From assembly GCF_003966335.1 (NCBI RefSeq), contig NZ_CP034549.1, positions 1,560,001-1,592,000 on the forward strand: 32,000 nucleotides of DNA. The letters run 5' to 3'. Below are positions 1-10,998 of the stretch, piece by piece (position 1 is the stretch's first letter; each line of letters begins with the position of its first letter). A program made the translations under genes and the position numbers. The DNA comes from Nonlabens ponticola (lineage in GTDB: Bacteria; Bacteroidota; Bacteroidia; Flavobacteriales; Flavobacteriaceae). The notes beneath the pieces are model-generated. The model was given only the letters and a program-made list of their open reading frames with translations. It ran no database searches and was not told the origin of the DNA.

Positions 1-277
1 CATAATTGGATTGATCCATCACAAAAATGTGATCAAAATCCTCAAAATCGTTTTTGGTAAACTTTCTACTGCGTTGGCTAGAGATATCAATATCATGTTT
101 GCGTGCAACGTCAATTGATCTTTTATCTGGAGCTTCACCCTTATGACCACCACTGGTACCAGCGCTGTCCACCGTGTACTTGGTGAAATTGAGTTTGCGT
201 CGCATTAATCCTTCGGCGAGTGGTGAGCGACAAATGTTGCCCAAACATACCATTAGGATTCCTGTTTTATCAGCCAT
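1..277 (-). CDS. Low-molecular-weight protein-tyrosine phosphatase (3' end runs off the window)
   Basis: Hand translation of the minus strand from the ATG at 275-277 gives MADKTGILMVCLGNICRSPLAEGLMRRKLNFTKYTVDSAGTSGGHKGEAPDKRSIDVARKHDIDISSQRSRKF... The CX5R(S) P-loop CLGNICRS and the DSAGT motif are diagnostic of LMW-PTP. It is absent from the ORF track because it is truncated. It begins 2 nt after the dnaA stop, so it is probably co-transcribed. Confidence 0.8.
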   Translation of the reverse strand, partial: MADKTGILMVCLGNICRSPLAEGLMRRKLNFTKYTVDSAGTSGGHKGEAPDKRSIDVARKHDIDISSQRSRKFTKNDFEDFDHIFVMDQSNY

Positions 278-279
278 GT

Positions 280-1707
280 CTAGTTAGACAGTTTTTTACG
301 CAGGTCTTCTACGTACTTATTGAATTGTTTATCTGTACTGGCAAGATTATCAACCGTTTTACAAGCGTGTAACACGGTAGCGTGATCGCGTTTTCCTATT
401 TGAGAACCTATGCTTGCAAGTGAAGCTTTGGTCATTTTTTTGGAAAAGTACATAGCTAGTTGTCTTGCTTGTACAATATGACGCTTTCTAGTTTTAGATT
501 GCAACGTCTCCACATCCATCTGGAAGTAATCACTTACCACTTTCTGGATTTGATCAATACTTATTTCACGCTTGGTATTCTTAACGTAGTTCTCAACTAT
601 TTTTTTAGCTAGTTCTATCGTGATTTCCTTGCGGTTAAAAGAAGAGTGAGCAATCAACGAAATGATAGCACCTTCCAACTCACGTATGTTAGTCTTGATG
701 TTATCTGCAAGGTAGTTGATGATGTCCTCATCCATTTCTACACCGTCGCGGTATAGTTTGTTCTTGATGATGGATACACGAGTTTCATAATCAGGATGGT
801 TAAGCTCTGCACTTAAACCCCATTTAAAACGTGACAATAGGCGCTGCTCTATATCTTGCATGTCCACTGGCTTCTTATCGCTAGTAAGAATTACCTGCTT
901 GCCATTTTGATGCAAGTGATTGAATATGTGGAAGAAGACGTCTTGCGTTCCTGCCTTACCAGCAAAAAACTGTATGTCATCCACGATCAACACATCGACG
1001 ATCTGATAGAAGTGAATAAAATCATTTCTGTTATTCTTACGTACAGACTCTATAAACTGCTGTGTAAATTTCTCTGCACTTATATATAAGACTGTCTTGT
1101 CAGGATAGTTTTCCTTGATGCCTACACCTATGGCATGAGCAAGGTGTGTCTTACCCAATCCTACACCACCAAATATCAATAACGGATTAAAAGAAGTACC
1201 ACCTGGCTTATTGGCTACGGCCATACCTGCGCTACGAGCTAATCTATTTGAATCACCTTCTAGAAAGCTATCAAAATTATACGATGGATTAAGTTGTGAC
1301 TCAATCTTTACATTACGTATTCCAGGAATCACAAATGGGTTCTTGAGCTCTGGACTTTTACTGCGCACTGGCGCATCTACTGATTGTGAATTTTTGATCG
1401 CACGATTGCTACTAGGAATCTTTTCGGTAAATGGTTCCATGCCTTTTAGGGCATTTTCCATTTTAATCGCATAGATCAATTTTGCACCTTCACCTAGCTC
1501 TTTTGTAAGGGCCGTCTTTAATAATTTGATGTAGTGCTCTTCTAACCATTCATAGAAAAAACGGCTAGGTACCTGAATACTTAAAGCGGTATCAGTAAGC
1601 TTAACGGCTTTAATAGGAGCAAACCATGTTCTATATGCTTGCGGGTTTATATTGTCCTTTATAAACGTGAGACAATTTTCCCATACCGATTCTGCCGTCG
1701 ATGCCAT
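280..1707 (-). CDS. dnaA: Chromosomal replication initiator protein DnaA
   Basis: 475 aa with AAA+ Walker A GGVGLGKTHL and Walker B LIVDDIQF. The C-terminal DnaA-box binding helix is IGKRDHATVLHACKTV, and the N-terminus is typical (WENCLTFIKDNI...YRTWFAPI). Confidence 0.97.
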   Translation of the reverse strand: MASTAESVWENCLTFIKDNINPQAYRTWFAPIKAVKLTDTALSIQVPSRFFYEWLEEHYIKLLKTALTKELGEGAKLIYAIKMENALKGMEPFTEKIPSSNRAIKNSQSVDAPVRSKSPELKNPFVIPGIRNVKIESQLNPSYNFDSFLEGDSNRLARSAGMAVANKPGGTSFNPLLIFGGVGLGKTHLAHAIGVGIKENYPDKTVLYISAEKFTQQFIESVRKNNRNDFIHFYQIVDVLIVDDIQFFAGKAGTQDVFFHIFNHLHQNGKQVILTSDKKPVDMQDIEQRLLSRFKWGLSAELNHPDYETRVSIIKNKLYRDGVEMDEDIINYLADNIKTNIRELEGAIISLIAHSSFNRKEITIELAKKIVENYVKNTKREISIDQIQKVVSDYFQMDVETLQSKTRKRHIVQARQLAMYFSKKMTKASLASIGSQIGKRDHATVLHACKTVDNLASTDKQFNKYVEDLRKKLSN

Positions 1708-1839
1708 AAAATCTTTTTTTCGTGGTTAGATTTGACCATCAAGAATAGAAAACGACACTATAAAAATGCCCTCTCGATGATGACGCAAATATGTGTATAA
1801 AAAAGCTCAAAAAAAACCGAAATTGGGTTTGATTTTTTA

Positions 1840-1847
1840 CAAATTTA
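1840..1847 (-). promoter_or_regulatory. Candidate Bacteroidota -7 promoter box (TAAATTTG) for dnaA
   Basis: The reverse complement of caaattta is TAAATTTG, which matches the TAnnTTTG consensus. It lies about 130 nt upstream of the dnaA ATG in the only intergenic DNA available. Confidence 0.3.
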
Positions 1848-1897
1848 ATTGCATGCAGGATAGAAGTCGAACTACCTAATTTTAATCCTTAAATTCT

Positions 1898-2311
1898 ATG
1901 AAAACATCGTACATCGATATACTGCCTAGGTATTCAGAAACAGATCAAATGGGCATAGTTCATCATTCTAACTATTTGATATACATGGAACAAGCTAGAC
2001 TTGAGTGGTTGAATAATTTAGGTTTTTCCTATCAAAAAATGGAGGAAGATGGCATCCTTTTACCTGTGTATCAAATAGACATAAAGTATAAAAATCCGAT
2101 TAAGTTTGGTGATCAAATTAAGGTTAAAACTACCCTTAGGAATATCCCTACAACTAGGGTAGAGTTTGAGTATGAAATTAGCAATAACAGTAACCAGATT
2201 TGCGCTACGGCAAGTCTAACGCTTGTGTTCACTGATGCCAAAACTTTTAGACCCAGAAAACCGTTAGAATCCTTTCTTGAAAAATGTAAAAAAATGTCTT
2301 GGGACGATTAA
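1898..2311 (+). CDS. Acyl-CoA thioesterase, YbgC/4HBT hot-dog family
   Basis: 137 aa. The N-terminal RYSETDQMGIVHHSNYLIYMEQARLEWL is the 4-hydroxybenzoyl-CoA thioesterase/YbgC signature with the catalytic Asp. Confidence 0.8.
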   Translation: MKTSYIDILPRYSETDQMGIVHHSNYLIYMEQARLEWLNNLGFSYQKMEEDGILLPVYQIDIKYKNPIKFGDQIKVKTTLRNIPTTRVEFEYEISNNSNQICATASLTLVFTDAKTFRPRKPLESFLEKCKKMSWDD

Positions 2312-2324
2312 CAGCAACAAGAAA

Positions 2325-2885
2325 ATGAGAGAAGATTTACAAGAATTTTTCGATAAAGTGGTTACAGAACTTAGAACCGGAATGGTAAAAAGAGGCCATC
2401 CCTATAAATATGTCACTCTCGCTACCATTGATTCAAAAAACTCACCTGTTTTGCGTACCGTGGTTCTTAGACAAATTACCCAAGATTTGATAGGAACCAT
2501 TTATACCGATTCTCGATCTAACAAAGTGGTACACATAGAAACCAACAGCAGTGCAAGTATACTTGCCTACCATAAAGGGAAGAAGTTGCAAGTCTCACTC
2601 TCTGGAACATTAATGAAGATTGAGGATCAGGAACACATCAAAGCATTATTTCATAAAGTAAATCCCAACGCTTTAAAGGATTATACTACAGCTACTGCAC
2701 CAGGTTCTACAATTGGCGATCCATCGCAAGTGACCTATAATCCTAGGTTGCTCAATTATTTCCAACCGCTTGAGTTTGTGACTAGTTTTATTGAAGTATT
2801 GCAATTGCAAGATCCGTTGCATCACCGTGCACGTTTTGTAAAACAGCCCGATGGATCGTGGAATGGTGACTGGCTCACTCCTTAA
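2325..2885 (+). CDS. Pyridoxamine 5'-phosphate oxidase-like FMN-binding protein
   Basis: The ORF track gives 2277..2885. I prefer the ATG at 2325 (MREDLQEFFDKV...) because it does not overlap the upstream gene. The pattern GHPYKYVTLATID...PVLRTVVLR is typical of the PNPOx split-barrel fold. Confidence 0.6.
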   Translation: MREDLQEFFDKVVTELRTGMVKRGHPYKYVTLATIDSKNSPVLRTVVLRQITQDLIGTIYTDSRSNKVVHIETNSSASILAYHKGKKLQVSLSGTLMKIEDQEHIKALFHKVNPNALKDYTTATAPGSTIGDPSQVTYNPRLLNYFQPLEFVTSFIEVLQLQDPLHHRARFVKQPDGSWNGDWLTP

Positions 2886-3490
2886 TCAACTGCCACGCCT
2901 GTTATTGGGTACATTTTATTGACTTCTTCAACAACTTCTTCCTGTTGCGATTGAGGAACGGCAATAATCATGCGACAGGTATGTGTAAGTTCTTGTTGTT
3001 TAATGGTGTAGTTATTGGCGTCTATAAAGCGCATCACTTGGCTCATTTGCGCGTATTCAAAATCGATCTGCACCTCGCTGGTAATCAATCGTCGCATCAA
3101 TCTTGCGGATTCTAAACTTAATCTTGCGGCCTCACGATAGGCCTGTATCAAACCGCCAACTCCCAACTTTGTCCCACCAAAAATTCTTGAAACAACCACC
3201 AAAACATCACTCACCTCATAGGCATTGACTTGAGATAATATAGGATCGCCAGCGCTGTGATTGGGTTCACCATCGTCATTGGATCGGTAATGATCCTCGC
3301 CAGCGCCTAGTTTCCATGCATAGCAATGATGACCAGCCTTAGGATATTTATTGCGTAAGGGCGCTATCAATCCTGGGACATCTTGCTCATCGTTTAAGGG
3401 AAATACGTGTCCATAGAATTTACTACCACGATCCTTGTGCAAAACTTCTTGCGTTGCTTCTGTAATCGTCAAGTAGCTGTCTGCACTCAT
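2882..3490 (-). CDS. IMPACT/YigZ family protein (UPF0029)
   Basis: 202 aa. It carries the YigZ-family motifs DRGSKFYGHVFPL, HHCYAWKLG, DDGEPNHSAGDPIL and VVVSRIFGGTKLGVGGL. Confidence 0.8.
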   Translation of the reverse strand: MSADSYLTITEATQEVLHKDRGSKFYGHVFPLNDEQDVPGLIAPLRNKYPKAGHHCYAWKLGAGEDHYRSNDDGEPNHSAGDPILSQVNAYEVSDVLVVVSRIFGGTKLGVGGLIQAYREAARLSLESARLMRRLITSEVQIDFEYAQMSQVMRFIDANNYTIKQQELTHTCRMIIAVPQSQQEEVVEEVNKMYPITGVAVD

Positions 3491-3546
3491 GTCTATTACT
3501 GGATGGTAAGTTTAAGAGATTATAATTTTTTATTGCTGTTGGGTAA

Positions 3547-4413
3547 TTACGCTTTCGCGAAAGCTATCAAAATAATAGCCGCTACTGCGACACCTATACC
3601 TATGTAATTCTTAGGAATCAACCGTTCCTTAAAGATCAATATTCCCAGGGCAGCTGTAAAAAGAACGGTACCCACATGATTAATCGGGAAAACCACACTA
3701 CTCTCCATATCAGTCTTTAATGCGCGGATGATGAAAAATATCGAGAAATAGTTGGGAACGCCCAAAACAATTCCAGCGAGAATAGATCGGCCGTTCAAAT
3801 AGTTGCCCTTGAACGCTTCATATACTAGCACAAGCGTACCCACGATAAAGGCAATCGCAAAACAAGTCGCGCTAAACAACGGCTCGTCGCCAGAAGGAAC
3901 ATGATTCTTTTCTGCATATTTGAGTGTGGTGTCGATCACGCCACTACCTATAAATAGAATGATAGGTAACGCCAGATAACCTTTGGTTAAATCAATGCCG
4001 CTCTTTTTCTTGAGGCTAGCCAGGTAAACGGCCACCAGAGCGAGAAGTATTCCTGCGATTTTGAGCAATCCCAAAGATTCCTCGTACACCCAAATGCCAA
4101 AAACCACTGGAATCACCAGTGACATCTTGCTAGCGACTGCCGCGACCGACAGGCCATTTTTTTGACTCGTGAGTGCCATGACATTAAAAATGCTGAAGAA
4201 TAAAATGCCTAAACCTGCTGCGTACACGAGCCAGTTAGCCTCAGGAATGCTGGATATTGATGTATCGCCTTGATACATAAAATATCCAGTAATCGCAGCA
4301 ACTAGATAATTAATCACAATAGCGTGCAGCGTATTTACTTTAAATACACTGAAATATTTGAAAATCACATACAGCAGACTAGATGTCGCGATGCTAAGAA
4401 TCAACCACATCAT
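3547..4413 (-). CDS. EamA/DMT-superfamily transporter (about 10 TM helices)
   Basis: 288 aa and hydrophobic throughout, with the two-fold repeat architecture typical of EamA. It has a 4-nt ATGA overlap with ribD upstream. The last five residues, AFAKA, are encoded by palindrome copy 1. Confidence 0.7.
   Translation of the reverse strand: MMWLILSIATSSLLYVIFKYFSVFKVNTLHAIVINYLVAAITGYFMYQGDTSISSIPEANWLVYAAGLGILFFSIFNVMALTSQKNGLSVAAVASKMSLVIPVVFGIWVYEESLGLLKIAGILLALVAVYLASLKKKSGIDLTKGYLALPIILFIGSGVIDTTLKYAEKNHVPSGDEPLFSATCFAIAFIVGTLVLVYEAFKGNYLNGRSILAGIVLGVPNYFSIFFIIRALKTDMESSVVFPINHVGTVLFTAALGILIFKERLIPKNYIGIGVAVAAIILIAFAKA
3551..3564. repeat. Iterated palindrome GCTTTCGCGAAAGC, copy 1
   Basis: Exact 14/14 match with flanks c...t. 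It encodes the C-terminal AFAKA plus stop of the EamA transporter on the minus strand. Confidence 0.95.
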
Positions 4414-5444
4414 GAGCGTGAGAAGATTTTATACACGTCGTCTTTAATGAGCTGTCTTGATTTCATGATTGCATTTTTGGGAATGATTGGTGCACTAATA
4501 CCTTCTTTGAAATAGATTTTGGCACCCATGAATTGGTGGATTTCATCCCAACAATCGTTTTCTATAAATAGATCCAGTGTCTTGCGACCACCTTCTATGA
4601 TAACTGATTGAAGTTGATGCTCATATAGAGATTTAATAATATTCTCAAAGCCGTTGCTAGGATCAATATTAATAGTTGGCGCTTCCTTGTTATAGATGTT
4701 GCTATGTACGTCAAGATTTCCTTTGGCGTCAAGTACGATGCGTGTAGGATTAATGCCACTCCAATCGCGAACGGTTAGACTTGGGTTATCTGCAACTAAG
4801 GTGTTGGTACCTACAAGAATTGATTGTTCCTGTGCGCGCAGTTTGTGTACGAGTTGCCTTGAGTACTTATTAGTGATCCAGACTGGCTCACGTTTGTCTC
4901 GCTTTACTGGCGCTATGAAACCGTCTGCAGTTTGTGCCCATTTCAAAACTATAAATGGACGGTGATTTTTATGGTAAGTAAAAAATCGTTTGTTTAATTG
5001 GTTGCATTCTTCTACCAGGACATCTGTTATCACCTCTATGTTTGAGTCGCGTAATAATTGCACGCCGCGACCCGCAACTTTCTTGTGTGGATCCAGTGTT
5101 CCTACGACCACTTTGTTGAATCCTTTGCGCACGATGAGGTCTGCACATGGTGGCGTTTTGCCATGATGTGAACATGGTTCTAGGTTTACGTATAAGGTAG
5201 CTTTCGCGAAAGCGGAATCGTTCCAGCCTCGCTGCTCTGCATCTTTGATCGCGTTGACTTCGGCATGCGGTTGACCTGATTTGTAATGAAAACCTTCTCC
5301 AAGAATGTCGCCATTTTCACCAACAATCACACTACCTACCAAAGGATTGGGATAGGTAGTTCCTAAACCATTGCTGGCTATATCTAGGCAGCGTTGCATG
5401 AATTTATCGTGTTGAGACATGCTCGCAAAAATAGGTTTTGCCAT
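4410..5444 (-). CDS. ribD: Bifunctional riboflavin biosynthesis protein RibD (pyrimidine deaminase / uracil reductase)
   Basis: It has the CDA zinc motifs HAEVNAI and LEPCSHHGKTPPC and a C-terminal RibD reductase domain (KWAQTADGFIA...). The true start may be the internal ATG at 5420 (MSQHDKFMQRC...). Confidence 0.93.
   Translation of the reverse strand: MAKPIFASMSQHDKFMQRCLDIASNGLGTTYPNPLVGSVIVGENGDILGEGFHYKSGQPHAEVNAIKDAEQRGWNDSAFAKATLYVNLEPCSHHGKTPPCADLIVRKGFNKVVVGTLDPHKKVAGRGVQLLRDSNIEVITDVLVEECNQLNKRFFTYHKNHRPFIVLKWAQTADGFIAPVKRDKREPVWITNKYSRQLVHKLRAQEQSILVGTNTLVADNPSLTVRDWSGINPTRIVLDAKGNLDVHSNIYNKEAPTINIDPSNGFENIIKSLYEHQLQSVIIEGGRKTLDLFIENDCWDEIHQFMGAKIYFKEGISAPIIPKNAIMKSRQLIKDDVYKIFSRS
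5200..5213. repeat. Iterated palindrome GCTTTCGCGAAAGC, copy 2
   Basis: Exact 14/14 match with flanks a...g. It encodes AFAKA just upstream of the ribD zinc-binding PC..C motif. Confidence 0.95.
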
Positions 5445-5508
5445 TTTAAGAATTGCTCGACGCGATTAACTTTAGCTTATTTCTATACTTTGCCTTATCC
5501 ATACCTTG

Positions 5509-5516
5509 TATTTTTG
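5509..5516 (+). promoter_or_regulatory. Candidate -7 promoter box TATTTTTG
   Basis: It matches TAnnTTTG and lies 5 nt upstream of the ATG at 5522, so it would give a leaderless or near-leaderless transcript. Confidence 0.3.
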
Positions 5517-5521
5517 ATTGC

Positions 5522-5998
5522 ATGAGAATACGACCTATAAAGCCGCAGGATAACGAGGCTGTAAAAGTTATTATACAAAGTGTCATCATGGAGCATGGTG
5601 CACCTAAAGAAGGTACTGCTTACAGTGATGCTGCAACCCAATCTATGTATGCGGCATATCAAAAACCACGAGCAGCATATTTCGTTCTAGAAAGCGTAGG
5701 AAAAATCATGGGCGTTGCTGGAGTAGCTGAGCTGGATAACTATGATGGTAACGTTTGCGAATTACAAAAAATGTATTTCCTGCCTGAAGCTAGAGGTAAA
5801 GGTCATGGTAAGAAGATGATTGAGCTATGCATGGCTACCGCTCGCAAATTTAAATATCAGCGCATGTATCTAGAGACCATGGATAATATGTATGATGCAC
5901 AAGGATTGTACAAACGTGTGGGTTTTTCTATGCTGGATAAGCCAATGGGCGGCACTGGTCATTATAGTTGTCCCATTCACATGATACTAGATTTATAA
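5522..5998 (+). CDS. GNAT-family N-acetyltransferase
   Basis: The ORF track gives 5453..5998. The ATG at 5522 (MRIRPIKPQDNEAV...) gives the usual GNAT N-terminus. The acetyl-CoA motif is LQKMYFLPEARGKGHGKKMIE. Confidence 0.8.
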   Translation: MRIRPIKPQDNEAVKVIIQSVIMEHGAPKEGTAYSDAATQSMYAAYQKPRAAYFVLESVGKIMGVAGVAELDNYDGNVCELQKMYFLPEARGKGHGKKMIELCMATARKFKYQRMYLETMDNMYDAQGLYKRVGFSMLDKPMGGTGHYSCPIHMILDL

Positions 5999-6006
5999 TT
6001 GCTGCA

Positions 6007-6864
6007 ATGACGCTTCAAGACACTGAAAAAACATATCGTGATCGACTACAGGAATTATATCCTGTTGAAGAGATTGATTCTATCCTCAAAATTGTATGCG
6101 AGGATTTACTCAACTGGAGTCGTGCAGACATCATGATACGCGGTGCGGAACCACTTACTCACTTAAATGAGCAACTACTTCTCAATGCACTTGCGGAGCT
6201 AGAGACAGGAAAACCAGTGCAACACATCACAGGCAAATCCCATTTTTCCGGTCACGTATTTACCGTCAATGATCAAGTGTTAATTCCACGTCAGGAGACT
6301 GAAGAACTAGTAGATTGGGTAATCAAGGATTACCGCAAACATCCTAAGGTCACAATTCTTGATATAGGAACAGGCTCTGGTTGTATAGGAATAAGCCTAG
6401 CAGCAACTTTAAAAGAATCTAAGGTCACGCTGGCAGACATTTCGCCAGAAGCCCTAAAAGTTGCTATGAACAATTCTCAGAATGTTCTCAAGGATAACAA
6501 AGTAGAGCAAAAGCAACTAGATATCTTACAGATAGAAAATCTGCCTTTCTACGATGTTATTGTTAGCAATCCGCCGTATGTGCGAGAACTTGAAAAATCA
6601 GAATTACATACCAACGTACTGGATCACGACCCATCGTTGGCCTTGTTTGTTCCTAATAGCGATGCGCTCAAGTTTTATAGTGCGATATTAAAGCTAGCAA
6701 AGCCACATTTTAAAACAGTCGTGTACTTTGAGATCAATCAATATTTAGGCAATCAAATGAAGGAACTAGCGGCGAGTTTGGGATTTGAGTATGAGCTGCG
6801 GCAAGACCTAAATCGCAATGACCGCATGATGAAATGCTGGCAAGAACAAATCTCACAAGATTAA
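6007..6864 (+). CDS. prmC: Peptide chain release factor N5-glutamine methyltransferase
   Basis: It has the SAM motif ILDIGTGSGCIGISLA and the catalytic NPPY (VSNPPYV). The ATG at 6007 avoids overlapping the GNAT gene; the ORF track starts at 5968. Confidence 0.88.
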   Translation: MTLQDTEKTYRDRLQELYPVEEIDSILKIVCEDLLNWSRADIMIRGAEPLTHLNEQLLLNALAELETGKPVQHITGKSHFSGHVFTVNDQVLIPRQETEELVDWVIKDYRKHPKVTILDIGTGSGCIGISLAATLKESKVTLADISPEALKVAMNNSQNVLKDNKVEQKQLDILQIENLPFYDVIVSNPPYVRELEKSELHTNVLDHDPSLALFVPNSDALKFYSAILKLAKPHFKTVVYFEINQYLGNQMKELAASLGFEYELRQDLNRNDRMMKCWQEQISQD

Positions 6865-8943
<2,079 letters not shown>

Positions 8944-8954
8944 AACTATTGATT

Positions 8955-10178
8955 ATGAAGTATCTGATTACCGTATTGATTGTAATATTCACTGCTAATG
9001 CCGTCGCGCAGGATTGGAATGCAGGAGAACTGCTAAAATCCATTGAGGTTGTCGATCCTATTGAAGCTCTGGGAAATTCTTTGAACCGTGTCAAAATGCA
9101 AAACGTGGAATCGGCAGATCCTAAGGCAAGCGCCATGGTCATAACTTATTATGAACTGGACGGCGATAGTCTTAAAAAATATAATGAACGCACTATTTCC
9201 ATAGAAGAGGAGCGCAGCATTCAACCCGAATGGAGGTTTGTCAAGCAGAGAAAACTAGAAAATACGACCACAGCATTAGAGTTCGTCCGTGACGGTAAAA
9301 CTTTTACCAGACATCACTTTATAGTTGATGGCGACCAGCTAATAACCAAATATTCTGAAACTGATAGTATTTCCTACCACTATGATTTGAAGAAAAGATT
9401 AGTAAGAACAGATTATTTTGAGCAAGAGGCAAGAATAAGAGATGGCAGCGTGGCTTATGAAGATGAGCAGTCTGACAATGGCGAGATGATCGTCAATGAA
9501 GAAACGGTGATTCAGGACAATGATGGTGATTATGAGGATGTAGAATTAATTGAAGAAGCTGCTGAGGTAATAGAAGTCGTAGAAGATGAATATACAGACG
9601 ACATCATACGTTTGTTGCCAGCGCCTGTAATGAAACCTGTAAAAACTACCTTCTATACATATTATGAGAATGATAGAATTACCTCCATCCGTACTATTGA
9701 AAATCAAGCCTATCAGTACAATCCACAAGTAGATCTATTGACTGATAAATTAAAAAGCTTTACTTATGACGGTGAGAGAATGCTCACAGCGATTGAGTCA
9801 AAACGGTCGCTGGAAACCATTAAAGATCTTCCAGCAAATAATTCACTCGTTTACTGGGTCGAGAATGTAGTAGATGATCAAGTTCCATATAAAGTAGCAG
9901 AAACTGACATTGCACTTTCTTACACTGATGAGCCTAACGTATTTACACTTACAGAATATAGAACGCGACAAGGTGAGCGCAAACAACGAGTGAGTGTTTT
10001 GATAACACGAGGCAAGAACGGCGTGACCAGTATGGAAGGAACTAGTGATAATTATCGTTTCTTAAATACCTTTGAATATGATGAGAACGGCTACCTAATT
10101 AAAGAAACCGAGGAATCTTACAGAGATGGAGCGCTAGCAAGAAAATTGGTCAAGAAACGCGAGTTCTTGTATGAATAG
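8955..10178 (+). CDS. Secreted hypothetical protein with YD-like repeats and an acidic tract
   Basis: The ATG at 8955 (MKYLITVLIVIFTANAVAQ) gives a Sec signal peptide; the ORF track uses the TTG at 8949. Recurrent motifs of the form x-Y-x-Y-D/E-x-x-x-x-L (ISYHYDLKKRLVRTDY, TFYTYYENDRITSIRT, FTYDGERMLTAIE, FEYDENGYLIKETE) resemble RHS/YD repeats. There is a central D/E-rich stretch. Confidence 0.5.
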   Translation: MKYLITVLIVIFTANAVAQDWNAGELLKSIEVVDPIEALGNSLNRVKMQNVESADPKASAMVITYYELDGDSLKKYNERTISIEEERSIQPEWRFVKQRKLENTTTALEFVRDGKTFTRHHFIVDGDQLITKYSETDSISYHYDLKKRLVRTDYFEQEARIRDGSVAYEDEQSDNGEMIVNEETVIQDNDGDYEDVELIEEAAEVIEVVEDEYTDDIIRLLPAPVMKPVKTTFYTYYENDRITSIRTIENQAYQYNPQVDLLTDKLKSFTYDGERMLTAIESKRSLETIKDLPANNSLVYWVENVVDDQVPYKVAETDIALSYTDEPNVFTLTEYRTRQGERKQRVSVLITRGKNGVTSMEGTSDNYRFLNTFEYDENGYLIKETEESYRDGALARKLVKKREFLYE

Positions 10179-10360
10179 TCAGGCTTTTTTTTATTGAAAT
10201 AAGCGTCAAAGAATAGGTATTCTAACCCTTAATCAGTAATGGTCTCGTACACGTCTCGTATCGTTCAAATCAGCGATAAATTTGGCGATTTCTAAATACG
10301 CTTTAACTTCGATTAAGCAACTTCATAGCAATGAGTAAAATGTGTGATTGTCCACAGTGT

Positions 10361-10987
10361 TTACGTACGCTTTAGTTCAATGACTCCAAAAACATTATCA
10401 TAACCGTATTTTAAATAGGCGTCAATTCCTTTATACACTTCTATTTGATAATTATATAAATCCGATTTTATTTTTTTGAGTTTTCTTTTCAACTTTCGAT
10501 TCCTCTTCGGTTTTCTTTCCAGTAATCCGTAAGAATTGGCAATTGCATTTTCTTGTCGATATTTAATACTGTCAATGATATATGTTGTGTAACTTTTGTT
10601 TTTGAAGTCATCGTAAATAACATAGACTATTCCATCCACTTTGTTGAGCAGTGCTTTTCCGTCCTTCTCAATGTGAATTTCATTCAAAAAAGGATTGAAA
10701 CCGTATTGCTTTATTTGGTTCGCGTCTTGTTTCGTTTCTTGGTCAGATTCTATTAAGATATTTCCCTCGTTGTTTGAGTAAGTCAGTTTTATTCTCAGTT
10801 GAGGTTGCATATGCACGTGAATAGAAATTAGTTCGACGACTGAGTCATTTTTAAATTCTAAATAGTGGTCTCGATTGATACTGTCAGAAGCTATTCCGTA
10901 ATATACTTTGTTAAATTCCTGCGCATAAGATTCGCACGCAATGAGGAAAATCAGAAGAGTTATTAAAATTCTCAATGGTTTTTTCAC
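10361..10987 (-). CDS. Hypothetical lipoprotein or secreted protein with a Lys/Arg-rich segment
   Basis: 208 aa with signal peptide MKKPLRILITLLIFLIACESYAQ (possible lipobox Cys) and a basic run RKPKRNRKLKRKLKKIK. The segment is visibly AT-richer than its neighbours. I recognise no family. Confidence 0.45.
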   Translation of the reverse strand: MKKPLRILITLLIFLIACESYAQEFNKVYYGIASDSINRDHYLEFKNDSVVELISIHVHMQPQLRIKLTYSNNEGNILIESDQETKQDANQIKQYGFNPFLNEIHIEKDGKALLNKVDGIVYVIYDDFKNKSYTTYIIDSIKYRQENAIANSYGLLERKPKRNRKLKRKLKKIKSDLYNYQIEVYKGIDAYLKYGYDNVFGVIELKRT

Positions 10988-10998
10988 ATTGTGGGCAA

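Noticed and set aside
1708-1897. Possible oriC in the AT-rich spacer upstream of dnaA (contains TGTGTATAA at 1792-1800, 8/9 to the DnaA box TGTGGATAA)
   Set aside because: There is only one near-consensus box in 190 bp, with no box cluster and no obvious AT-rich 13-mer unwinding repeats. In Bacteroidota oriC is often not adjacent to dnaA. The evidence is insufficient to call an origin.
2882-2885. Convergent genes sharing overlapping stop codons within TTAA
   Set aside because: This is a trivial consequence of compaction and carries no regulatory implication that I can support.
10242-10290. Tandem GTCTCGTA-CAC-GTCTCGTA followed by a T-loop-like GTTCAAATC; considered as a tRNA fragment or att scar of an integrated element
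   Set aside because: No cloverleaf can be drawn: the putative T-stem TATCG...CGATA encloses 10 nt, not 7. There is no acceptor stem, no integrase nearby and no second repeat copy.
10348-10356. TTGTCCACA, a DnaA-box-like 9-mer in the spacer between the convergent hypotheticals
   Set aside because: It is a single isolated 8/9 match, which is expected by chance at this scale.
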